Below, piece after piece: positions 11,658-22,884 of a stretch of DNA of 64,000 nucleotides. The number at the start of each line of letters is the position of its first letter. The stretch's first letter is position 1. Origin of the DNA: Azolla caroliniana (lineage: Eukaryota; Plantae; Polypodiophyta). The notes beneath the pieces were generated by a model, which had not been told where the DNA came from, ran no database searches, and was given only the letters and a program-made list of their open reading frames with translations. The stretch covers positions 14,756,001-14,820,000 of the forward strand of contig JBHGNT010000002.1 of the NCBI GenBank assembly GCA_043228905.1, in the 5' to 3' direction. The position numbers were made by a program, and so were the translations under genes.

Positions 11658-12254
11658 TGTCGCAAAGTTTCGTGCGTGTGTGTTACTCGAGCGGGACCAC
11701 AAGGATCTCAAACTAGGGAGCAAGAAGGGATGGAGAAGACCCAAGTCTTGCTGATCGATTAAGACTACTTATTGGGAAAGGGTTCATTGCCCCCTTTGTG
11801 GGCCAGTGGCTTTCGTTGATCATGACTTGTGACACTTTTGAGCTCACCGCATGAGTGAATGGATGGGTACACGAGAAAAAATGAACACACAAGGAAAATG
11901 CACAAGATTAGAATGAGAATGCAAACATGAAAGTACATACACCTTCATGAGGAGGAGAGGTGCATGGGCACGCCCGAAACTCTCCCTTGTCACAAGACGA
12001 CTGAATGCACAAAGAAGACACAAAACGCACACACCAATGTATGTACGCCTTTATGAGGAGGAGAGGTGCAAGTGCACGCCCGGAATTCTCCCTTGTTACA
12101 AGACAACTGAATGCACAAAGAATACACAACGCACACACACGAATGTTTGTATGCCTTTATGAGGAGGAGAGGTGCATGGGCACGCTCGAAACGCTCCCTC
12201 TTCACAAGACAGACAAACGTACAAGGAAGACACAAAACACACACAAAAATGCTC
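11658..12254 (-). mobile_element. B-related LTR (S), U5-side segment; the other end is at ~51700-52435
   Basis: TGTCGCAAAGTTTCGTGCGTGTGTGTTACTCGAGCG matches the reverse complement of the B LTR end; TSD CCGG (11654-11657) / TCGG (52436-52439). Confidence 0.75.
11947..12254 (+). repeat. 106-bp tandem repeat, ~3 copies
   Basis: ATGAGGAGGAGAGGTGCA recurs at 11947, 12053 and 12159. Confidence 0.88.
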
Positions 12255-13640
12255 TGTTGGGAAATCGGTCCCTCCGGATGGGATCCGGCTGTGAGTGAAG
12301 AGATCCAAAAACCGGATCGGATGGACCTAGTGAGAACCGGAAGAGACCCGGTAAGAACCGGAAAAGGAGACAGATTTGTAAATATGTCTTGAGTAAGCCT
12401 ATTGAGGCTACGTTTGTAAATAGCCCTAAGTTCATGTAGGTATAAATATGACCTAGGGAAATTACTTCATGAGGTTGTTGGAATGTTGTTATTATTGTTG
12501 TAATTGTCATATTGTTGTATAGAGAGAGCGACAGAAAGTGTGAGAGAGGGAGATACAGAGCGATACTCTGTTGTAACCGCCGGTTGGAAAAGTTACAGAG
12601 CCCAAGGTCGTTGCCTCCGAGACTCTGATTGTACCTTTCTCCTATAGTGATAGTTGGAGCCCGTGGGCTCCCGTGGTTTTTCCCATTTGGGGTTTTCCAC
12701 GTAGACATCTTGTGTATTTCCTTTGTGTACTCTCTACTTCCCATTTCTGTGCTTCATTCTTAGTGTAGTGTTCAAGACTCGGTTGTGGCTGAGCAATATT
12801 CTGCGCTATTCTTCACAATCTGGTTTTAGAGCGAACAACACGGGAAATCGAAGAATCGTTCGCATGCATGTTCAAGCTCATAGGCTCCAACTACTCAATG
12901 TGGAAATCAAAGATGAGGGATATGCTGGTGGTCAAAGATCTTTGGTTGCTGATTTAGTTCGAGGACAAGAGACTAGATAAGATCGACGTCACAGTATGGA
13001 GGTGATGCACATGAAGACAATGACATACATCCGGTGCTTCCCTGACATGAGCATGTACAACAACTTCAATGAAGAGAGCAATGCTCATGAACTTTGGGAG
13101 AAGATCAACATCATATTCCGGAACAAGAATGCCGTTAATCGGGTTTCGGTATTTCGGAAGCTAGTGAGGCTCCAGTACTAGGACGGCTCCAGTATGGCGG
13201 AGCACATGAATGCCTTCCAGGGACTGATCCACCAGGCAACCTCGTTGGAAGTACCTCTTTCCGATGAGGTACTCACATTGCTCCTGCTCGGTTCCCTTCC
13301 GGATAGCTGGGAGACGTTAGTTGTCATGTTGGGAAATGCAGGGCCGGAAGGAAAATAGTTGTCCCTAGCAAGGGTGAAAATCAAGCCTGCTAGATGAAGA
13401 AGCTCGTCGGAAGGACCAGGACTCCAGAACAGATCCAAAGGCCTTGGTCACGGAAGATGACCACAACTTGGGAAGAGGCCCGTATCAGAGTCCCCAAAAC
13501 CGGGACAAATTGGGGACGAGATCAAAGTCAAGGGGAAGGCCCACGTGCTTCTATTGTGGGAAGCCGGGACACTTCCAGAAGAACTATCGGCATTTCCAGA
13601 AGGAGAAAGAAACCGGCCCCACCGATTCGAAGAAGTGTTC
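12255..13640 (+). mobile_element. Copia family 1, copy D (gag type 2), segment 1: 5' LTR 12255-12817, decayed PBS 12821-12832, degenerate gag
   Basis: TGTTGGGAAATCGGTCCCTCCGGATGGGA start; gag FNEESNAHELWEKI...CFYCGKPGHFQKN. Confidence 0.85.
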
Positions 13641-14827
13641 TGAAAAGAATGTCGTGCGGAAGCAATATAGGAGACAGAACAACAGAAGATGCAGGTTTAA
13701 TGGAAAGCTTGGGTTTGCATAGTATGAAGACCGAACAGAAGGAAGAAAACTCAGGTTTAATGGAGAGCTTGAGCTTACGCAGTATACGCGGGAGAGACAG
13801 AGAGAGTGAGAGAGAGAGAGAAAACACAAGAACTATATTCAACAAAATACTCAATCTCTATTCACCACTCTATACATATGTGTGTTCAATGAACACTTTT
13901 ATACAAGTCCTAGAAGGACTGACGGAAGTACTGATAGTACTTTAATGCTCATTAAGAGCTCCTACACTAACTCCCAAATATATTCCTCACGGAATATCTT
14001 TCCTAACGGCCTCCCAGTTTACGCATCGATCTGGCCCTACCTACGCACCGGTCTGCGTACCGGTTTTACGCATTCGGTCTAACCGATCAGTCCCAACCGA
14101 TCCGGTCCTCGACTTCTTTAGCCGATCCGGCCGATGTTGAGCTTGTCTCTGAACACTCCCCCTCAAGCTCAACTTGAGGCTCTTCGGGATCTTTGGGCTC
14201 ACAGCTTCGGTTCCTCCTGACTTCACGCGTCGCTCACGCTCCTCGACCTGTTCGACTCCGCGCGCTTCGACCCTTCCGGTCGACTTGTCTGCTCATGTGG
14301 CCCTTATCAGCTCTTCTGCTGTTGTGGTGTTGACGCTTCTCCTGCTGCCTTTTCTTCTGCTTGGGCCTCAGTTGATTCAACGCATCTGAATCAAACATCC
14401 GAACCGACTCGGCTACGTCCGATCGGTTTTCGCTCTCGTCCGAGTTGGCTGTCTCCAACTTGTCTTCGGTCTTCTCACCCTCGATGGCGTCATCTTCCAC
14501 ATGCGTGGTTGGCTTCGGCTCTCTCCTTCGGCTGCTCCCCTTCTCCCCGCTTCCGGACTTTTCCGCGGGTCCGCCCTCGGCTTCTTCAGCCGATCCAAAG
14601 TCGAACTCGACAACCGAGTCAACCGACTCGGTGTCGCGGTAACCGGGGTCTTCATCATCCGGCTCCGTAACCGGGGTCTTCATCATCCGGCTTCGTAGCC
14701 GGGGTCTTCATCATCCGGCTCCGTAGCCGGGTCTTCATCATCCGACTCCGTAACCGCAACCGGGCTTGCCGTCATTCATCTCCGGACATCCCATCCGGAG
14801 GTACCGAAATCCCAACAAACTCCCCCT

Positions 14828-17800
14828 TCACTTCGGCATGGGATGTCTCTCCAATCCGATCCTCTTCCGGCATGCTTCCAGCTTGTCGGGTGTGAGCACC
14901 TTGGTCAGCATATCCGACCCGTTCTCGTCTGTGTGGATCTTCGTCAGCACGAACTCCTTGTCTTCTATCCTTTCCCGGATCCAGTGATATCTTCGCTGGA
15001 TGTGCTTCGTCTGGGAGTGATAGGCCGCATTCTTCGCAAGGTGGATGGCACTCTGACTGTCGCAGTAGAGTCGGTACTCCTCCTGCCGGATACCGAGCTC
15101 TCTAATGAAGTCCTTCATCCATATTATTTCCTTGCCGGCTTCAACAACCGCCATGTACTCCGCCTCAGTGGTTGACAATGCAACCGTCTTCTGCACCCTT
15201 GACTGCCACGAAACAGCTCCCCCTGCATACGTCATCACATACCCTGATGTGGACCGGCTGGTATCTGCATCAGCCGACATATCCGAATCGGTAAAGCCGT
15301 CGAGTTCGGGCTTACCGGAGCCGAATCGGAGGCACACGTTTGCCATGCCCTTCAGGTATCTGAGTATCCACTTGACCGCGTTCCAGTGCTCTTTGCCGGG
15401 ATTGCTCATGTACCGGCTCACCACTCCGACTGCATATCCTATGTCCGGTCTTGTACACACCATTGCGTACATCAAGCTTCCGACGGCAGAGGCATATGGT
15501 ACTTTCATCATGTCCTCCTTCTCAGCCTTTGTCTTGGGGCTTTGCTTGCTGGACAGCTTGCAGTTTGTCGGGAGTGTTGACCCGACCGGTCTTGCTTCCG
15601 ACATGTTCAACCGGTGAAGCACCTTTGTCACGTACTTCTCCTGTGACAACCACAACTGCTTCTTCTTCCGGTCCCGGATGATGTGCATCCCTAGTATTTG
15701 CCTCGCCGGACCCAGGTCTTTCATTGAGAAGGTTCGGTGAAGAGCCTTCTTCAGCATCCGTATCTTGACCTGGTCCCGTTCGACGATCAACATGTCGTCC
15801 ACGTACAGGAGGAGTATTAGAAAGTCTCCTCCTTCGAACTTCTTCACAAACACGCAGTGATCGGACTGCGTTTTGTGGTACCCTTCGTCTGTCATGAAGG
15901 AGTCGAACTTCCGGTACCATTGCCGGGGAGCCTGCTTCAGACCGTAAAGGCTCTTCTTCAACCGGCATACCAGGTGCTCCTTCCCTTTCTTCTCGAATCC
16001 TTCCGGTTGCTCCATGTAGATCTCTTCTTCGAGGTCACCGTGAAGGAATGCCGTCTTCACGTCCATCTGTTCTACCTCGAGGTCCATGCTTGCCGCTATG
16101 CTCAGCACCGTCCGGATGGAGGTCATCTTCACTACCGGGGCAAATATCTCGTCGAAGTCGACGCCCTTCTTCTGCTGAAACCCCTTCACCACGATCCTGG
16201 CTTTGTATCTCGGGGGGTTTCCAGCATCTCCCGGTTTCAGCTTGAACACCCACTTGTTTCGAAGTGCCCGCTTTCCTTTCGGCAACTCCACTAGTTCATA
16301 TGTGTGGTTCTCATGCAGGGAATCCATCTCGTCCTGCATGGCACTCAACCACCTGCGGCTCTGGGTGTCGTGCTTTGCTTCTTCAAAGCTCTCCGGCTCC
16401 CCCTCGTCGGTTAGCAGCACGTGCTCTGGTTCCGGAAATCTCCGGGGGGCCCTTCTCTCTCTTAGAGGATATCTCCGTTCCGGAGCTTCGGCAACCGGCT
16501 CCTCCGTTTCCTCTTCATCCGAATCCATTTCGGGATCGGGGCCGGTTCCGGTATCATTTTCATCTTCTTCGGCCGGTTCTGTTTCTTCACCGTCTTCGGC
16601 CAGATCCTCGAGTGCTAACCGGTCCCTTGCCGGTCAGGACTGCTCCTCGTAGAGTTGATCCTCACCGGTCGACTTGGAGCTCTTCATCTTCTTCTCCGAC
16701 TCCCAGTCGGCGAGTGTCTTGTCCTCCATGAAGACGATATCTCGACTCCTGAATATCTTCTTGTCGACCGGGTCCCATACTCGGTAGCCGAACTCATCGT
16801 CGCCGTATCCGAGGAATATGCATGGCCGGGTCTTTGGATCTAACTTTCCTCTCCGGTCCTTTGCCACATGCACGTATGCGAGACACCCGAACACCTTCAG
16901 ATGCCGGTAGGACACTTCCTTACCGGTCCACACTCTCTGCGGCGTGTCTCCGTCCAAAGGTACTGAGGGTGATCTACTTATCACGTATGTCGCCGTCGAC
17001 ATTGCCTCAGCCCAAAACCCCTTGGGTAATTTCGCATGCGCCAGCATACTCCGGACCCTCTCCATTATGGTCCGGTTCATCCTCTCGGCCAGCCCGTTCA
17101 GTTCCGGCGTCTTCGGCACAGTAAACTCGAGCCGGATTCCCTTCGAGCGACAGTACTCCTGGAACTGCCCCCGGTATTCCCCTCCGTTATCCGCTCGTAT
17201 CGCTTTCAGCTTCTTGCCGGATTCCCTTTCCACTCTCGCGTGGAGTTCTTTGAAGACGCACAACACTTGGTCCTTTGTCTTCAACGGTGCCGTCCACAGC
17301 TTCCGGCTGTGGTCATCAATGAATGTCACGAAGTACTGGGCTCCGCCATGTGACTTCGTTTCTACTTGACACACGTCAGTGTGCACCAACTCCAATGGTG
17401 CGCTACGTCTCGTCGGTGGCCTTGAGTGGAAGGAGGTCCGGTTTTGCTTACCGGCCAGACAGTCGGTGCACTTCTCCAAGTGCACATGCTTCACTGGAAT
17501 AAGGTTGTCTTCTGCAAGCCTCTTCATCCCCTTCTCACTCATGTGGCACAGTCTCTTGTGCCACAGCTCACCGGCAGCGTCGGCTGCCACGTTCAACTCC
17601 TCCGGACACAGCCGGGAATTCATCAGGTACAGTGTATTGACCTTCCGGGCCCGAGCCACTATCAGGCTCCCTTTGCTGAACTTCATGACACCGTTCCGGA
17701 TGCTACCCGTGTAGCCTTCTTCATCTAGCCTCCCGGCCGAGATCAGGTTCAATCGGACCTCCGGAACGTGTCGAACATCCTTCAGCAGCATCTTGCATCC

Positions 17801-18901
17801 GGTTGATGTCATCAGCCACACGTCTCCTATGCCGGCGATCCGGCATGTACCTTCATTTCCCATCCGGACACAGCCGTGCTCACCGGCTGTGTAGGATGAG
17901 AAGTATTTCTTCTCCGGGGTCAGGTGGAACGATGCTCCGGAATCGACCACCCAGGTCATCTCTTCGCCGGCAAGGTTCAGCTCCCTCTCTTCGGTAATGA
18001 GCATTATCTCTTCTTCACTTGCCGCGAGTGCCGTCGTTCCTTTCCGGTCCTGCCCTCGCCGATCCGGACCTCTCCGGTCCGTGGCTCCCCGGTATGCACC
18101 GTTTCTCTCCGGTGACTTCTTCGAATCGGTGTCGTCGGCTCCGTTGTCCTTTCGGTAATGCCGACAATTCTTCTGGAAGTGCCCCGGCTTCCCACAGTGG
18201 AAGCATGTGGGCCTTCCTCTTGACTGCGACCGGGTCCCCGACTTCTCCCGTCTTTGCGGACTCCGGTTCCATTGTCTTCCCCGATCCGATTCGGTAAGCA
18301 GCATCTTCGGATCGGAAACCGGTTCTTTATCTCTCCGACGCGCTTCTTCGTTCAAAATGCTTGTCTTTACCGTTTGTAGAGACAAGTTATCTTCGGTGCA
18401 GGAGGTGCTGAGAGTCACCACCAAGTTCTCCCAGCTTTCCGGCAATGTACACATTAGAATGATGGCTTGCATTGCATCCTCCAACGGGAACTTGATCGCC
18501 GCAAGCTGGTTCACGAATCCCATGAACGTGCTCACGTGTTCCACCATATTCTTGCCGTCCCGGTACTTGAGGTTCACTATCTTCCTCATCAGGGAGGTCC
18601 GGTTCAACGCATTCTTCCTCTCGTAGAGGCCCGACAGCTTCTTCCACATCTCATATGCGTTGGTGTCGTTCGCCACATGTTGTAGGACGCTTACATCGAC
18701 ATATTGCCGGATCGTTGCTACGGCTTTCCGGTTCAGGAGCTTCCACTCCGACTCTATTACCCCCTTGGGTATCTCGGCATTGTCGATCGGTTCGTACAGG
18801 TCTCGGACGATGAGAAGGTCTTCCATCTTTATCTTCCAGTCGGCGTAGTTCTGTGAGTTCAACACCATCATGCCCGGAGGCCCACTACCGCCGCCTTCCA
18901 T
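14828..18901 (-). pseudogene. Full-length copia gag-pol of C with a single in-frame stop at 16634-16636
   Basis: ORFs 16634-18901 and 14828-16528 are in the same frame; TGA where copy A has Arg; RT YVDD, RNase H DSDM...TEAEY. Confidence 0.93.
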
Positions 18902-19198
18902 TTTCTGTGTTACCGTTGCTCTGATACCACTTTGTTGAACACAGTGCTCGGCCACAACCGAGGAATAGGATCAACTCACAGAAAACAGGAAATACGAAAT
19001 GCACGAAGACAATAGAGAGAAGAGTGCACAGGATGTTTTACGTGGAAAACCCTAATGGGAAAAAAAAACCACGGGAGTCCTCAAACTCCAACTATCACTA
19101 TAATCAGAGATGTACAATGGTGGAGCTACAAGGCAACAACCTTGAGCTCACTGTCCTCGCCACAGGCGGCGGTAATACACAGAGGCAACGACCTCTTC

Positions 19199-19233
<35 letters not shown>

Positions 19234-19429
19234 GCTCTCTTCACTCTCTTGCACACATAAGAGTGGCGATACACAGAAAAAATGAGCAACAACATTTAAA
19301 CTGTTTGCCCTAAGTCATATTTATACACATATGACTTTCGGGCTATTTACAAATATAGCCTCAAGGGCCCTTGGCAAACATATTCACAAATATGTCCCCG
19401 CATCCAGATCTCTCTCCGGGTACATTCGT

Positions 19430-19557
19430 CATCCGGCTCCGTAGCCGGGGTCTTCATCATCCGGCTCCGTAACCGGGGTCTTCATCATCCGGCTCCGTAG
19501 CCGGGGTCTTCATCATCCGGCTCCGTAGCCGGGTCTTCATCATCCGACTCCGTAACC
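19430..19557 (-). repeat. 28-bp tandem repeat in U3 of the C LTR (also 14641-14756)
   Basis: Unit ATCCGGCTCCGTAGCCGGGGTCTTCATC, ~4.5 copies. Confidence 0.9.
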
Positions 19558-22500
19558 GCAACCGGGCTTGCCGTCATTCATCTCCGGACATCCCATCCGG
19601 AGGGACCGAAATCCCAACACTCTGCTCCTTTCTTGCTGCTTTGCTTGGTCGTTCGGGACTGTTCTCCCCCTCAAGTTTGGCACATCGAGGTGACGCAATC
19701 CGAGTGCACCTGAGAATTGCCACAACTTGTCCAGACCAAGAGGCTTGGTGAAGATGTCGGCAGTCTACCGATCCGTCGGCACGTATTGAAGTTCGACTTC
19801 ACCGGAAAGGACACACTCATGGACGAAATGGTAATGCACCTCAATGTGCTTGGTCCGTGCATGGAAAATGGAGTATTTCGCGAGCTGGATGCTGCTGAGG
19901 TTATCGCAGTAGATCGTCGTCGGATCTGACACTTCCTCTTGCAGGTCCTTAAGTAGCCGCTTCAACCATATGGCTTTGCATGTGGCGACAACCGCTCCTC
20001 GGTACTCAGCTTCGGTGCTCGACAGTGCAACTGTCAGCTGCTTCTTACTATTCCACGCGATCGCGGCACTCCCGAGGGAGAACGCGTATCCGGACGTTGA
20101 TCAGCGATCGGCGGCGTTGCCAGCCCAATCAGCATCGGTGTAGCCGACTAACCGCGTGGCTGCACCGGTCCGATATAGCAGTCCCAGGGCCTTAGTGCCG
20201 TTGACATACCGAAATATGCGTTGCGCACACTGAAGGTGCTCCTCGGTAGGTAGCATCGTGAACTCACTGATCACACCGACCGGATAACTGAGGTCGGGTT
20301 GGGTGATGGTCAAGTATATGAGGCTTCCGACAATTTGTCGGAACCTCGTCGGGTCGCATACCTTTCTCGTATCGGGACGAAGCTTGACGGTTCTTCTAGA
20401 GGAGTCGAGACGGAGTTACAATCGGCCATCCCGAATTTGAAGAGCATACTCAGCACGTAATGACGTTGGCTGATCAATATGCCTTCGGGGGTACAGATCA
20501 CTTCAATCCCGAGGAAGTAATGAAGGTCCCCTAGATCCTTCATGTCGAACGATGCCGCAAGCTGGAGCTTCACGCGGTCGATTTCACCTCGGTCGGCGCC
20601 GGTGATGACCAAGACATCAACATATAGTAAAATACTAACCGGTCGAAGTTGACCTTTCTGGATGAACAAGGAATAGTCGGATTTTGACGTGACGAAGCCC
20701 ATCCGACGCAGTTGTTGCATGATCTTCACGTTCCAGGCACGCGGGGCTTGCTTCAGTCCGTAAAGGGACTTCTTCAGTCGGCATACTGCCGAGGAGTTTG
20801 TTCCAGAGTGAAATCCGGGGGATTGTACCATGTACACCTGTTCCTCAAGGTCACCTTGCAGGAACGCATTCTTTACATCCATCTGATGTAAGTGCCACCC
20901 CTTCGCCGCAGCTACTGCGAGCAAAACACGGACGGTCGTCATTTTCGCGAACAACGCAAACGTCTCATCATAATCGATGCCGTGTTTCTACGCGTAGCCC
21001 TTTGCCACTAGCCGAGCCTTGTACCGGTTGACCGAGCCATCGGTGTTGTACTTGACCTTGTACACCCACCTACACCCGATCGGTTTTACCCCTCTTGGTG
21101 CGTCAACCAGGTCCCAGGTCTCGTTCTACGCCAATGCGTGCATCTCTTCCTCTATCGCGGCATGCTAATTCGCGTCTTTAGCAGCTTCTGCGTAGCTCTC
21201 CGGCTCACGCACTTCCGCTACACGGGTCATGTACGCATAATGCTGCACCATGTACTCGTTGTATCCGAACCGCAAAACAGGATTCTTCTAGCGGGTAGAT
21301 CGGCGTAATCTCAAATTAGCCGATGTCGAGGCCTTCTTGGTCGATGCGGACTTCAGCTTTAAAGACCCGTCACCGGGTTCCTCGGAGTCGGACTCGCGTC
21401 AGTCTGACTCGTTCCTATCCGTGCCGGAATCCGGCACCTTCTTCATCTCTGACATTCGCAATCGTATGCAGAGTGTCGTCTCCAGTTGCGACTACTCCAG
21501 TTTGTATCGGTTTTTCAAGGTACGAGAACCACTCATTATGGCTCGTCATGTGGTTTGACGCGCCGGAGTCTACGTACCACACATCGTCCGATCTCGGGGT
21601 GGTCTGTTTCATTCAGTTTGCTTCGTGTCTCGTCACGAAGGCAGACCCTTCTCCGGCTCTCCCGGAGTCTTCGGCATAGTGCGATCGTTGCCGATTTCCC
21701 TTGTCGGTATGTCCGTAGCCGTTTCCGAAACTGGTTCTCTCTGAATCGGCGCGCTTCTTCCAGCACTCACTTTCCTTGTGGCCTTTCTTGCCAAAGTACC
21801 AGCACTCCGCGACGGCCTTCCCTTCACTCCGCGTGGTTCTCCTTTATAAGGAGTATCGACTGTAAGTCGAAAACGACGGCGTATTCTCCCGGGTACACAC
21901 AGCCGTTCGGAACACTCCGAACTTCGACGCCAAACCTCCGAGACAGATCTGGACCATCTCGCTCTCCTCGATGTTTACCTCTATGGAGGCGAGAGAGTCG
22001 CAGATATCCTTGATCTTCAAGGTATAGTCAGCCACCAACAAGTCGCGTTGTCGTAGGTTGCTCAACTCCTGCCGGAGCTGAAGCTTCCTGGCTGTGGTGC
22101 TCATAGCCAAAATCTTCTTCAGATTTTCCCACGCACCCTTCGGCATCTTTGTATCCTGAACATAGCTCAATAGCTGTTCGCCCACACACGACGCGAAGCA
22201 GTATAATACCCTGCTCGCCGATTGCTCCGCGTCATTAGCTCCTTCGACATAACTCCAGTAGTCGTGCCCGAGCAGGTACTGGTGCATCTTGTAGGACCAA
22301 GATGCATAGTTGGTTCTGTCGAGCTTCTCTGTTGGAAGCGAGCTCGCCACGCCTCTATTCGTCGTTCTTTTTCGTCAAGCTCTGTCAGCTGCAGAGAGAT
22401 TCTCAACCCTCGCGCTCTGATACCATGTAAAAAGTAGCGTGCAGAAGCAAGTATGAAGACCGAACAGAAGGAAGAAAACTCAGGTTTAATGGAGAGCTTG

Positions 22501-22884
22501 AGCTTACGCAGTATACGCGGGAGAGACAGAGAGAGTGAGAGAGAGAGAGAAAACACAAGAACTATATTCAACAAAATACTCATTCTCTATTCACCACTCT
22601 ATACATATGTGTGTTCAATGAACACTTTTATACAAGTCCTAGAAGGACTGACGGAAGTACTGATAGTACTTCAATGCTCATTAAGAGCTCCTACACTAAC
22701 TCCCAAATATATTCCTCACGGAATATCTTTCCTTACGGCCTCCCAGTTTATGCATCGATCCGGCCCTACCTATGCACCGGTCTGCGTACCTGTTTTACAC
22801 ATTCGGCCTAACCGATCGGTCCCAACCGATCCGGTCCTCGACTTCTTCAGCCGATCCGGCCAATGTTGATCTTGTCTCTCAACA

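Larger units (their letters stand above)
14641..19619 (-). mobile_element. Copia family 1, copy C (gag type 1), nested in Y; 3' LTR truncated
   Basis: 5' LTR 18933-19619, PBS 18918-18929, PPT 14820-14829, residual 3' LTR 14641-14817. Confidence 0.93.
13721..22884 (-). mobile_element. Copia family 2, copy Y, internally deleted (integrase lost near 21440)
   Basis: 3' LTR 13721-14155 is colinear with 5' LTR 22426-22884 (offset 8729); PPT 14156-14164; PBS 22414-22425; decayed gag 21844-22350 and RT/RH ~19640-21240. Confidence 0.88.
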
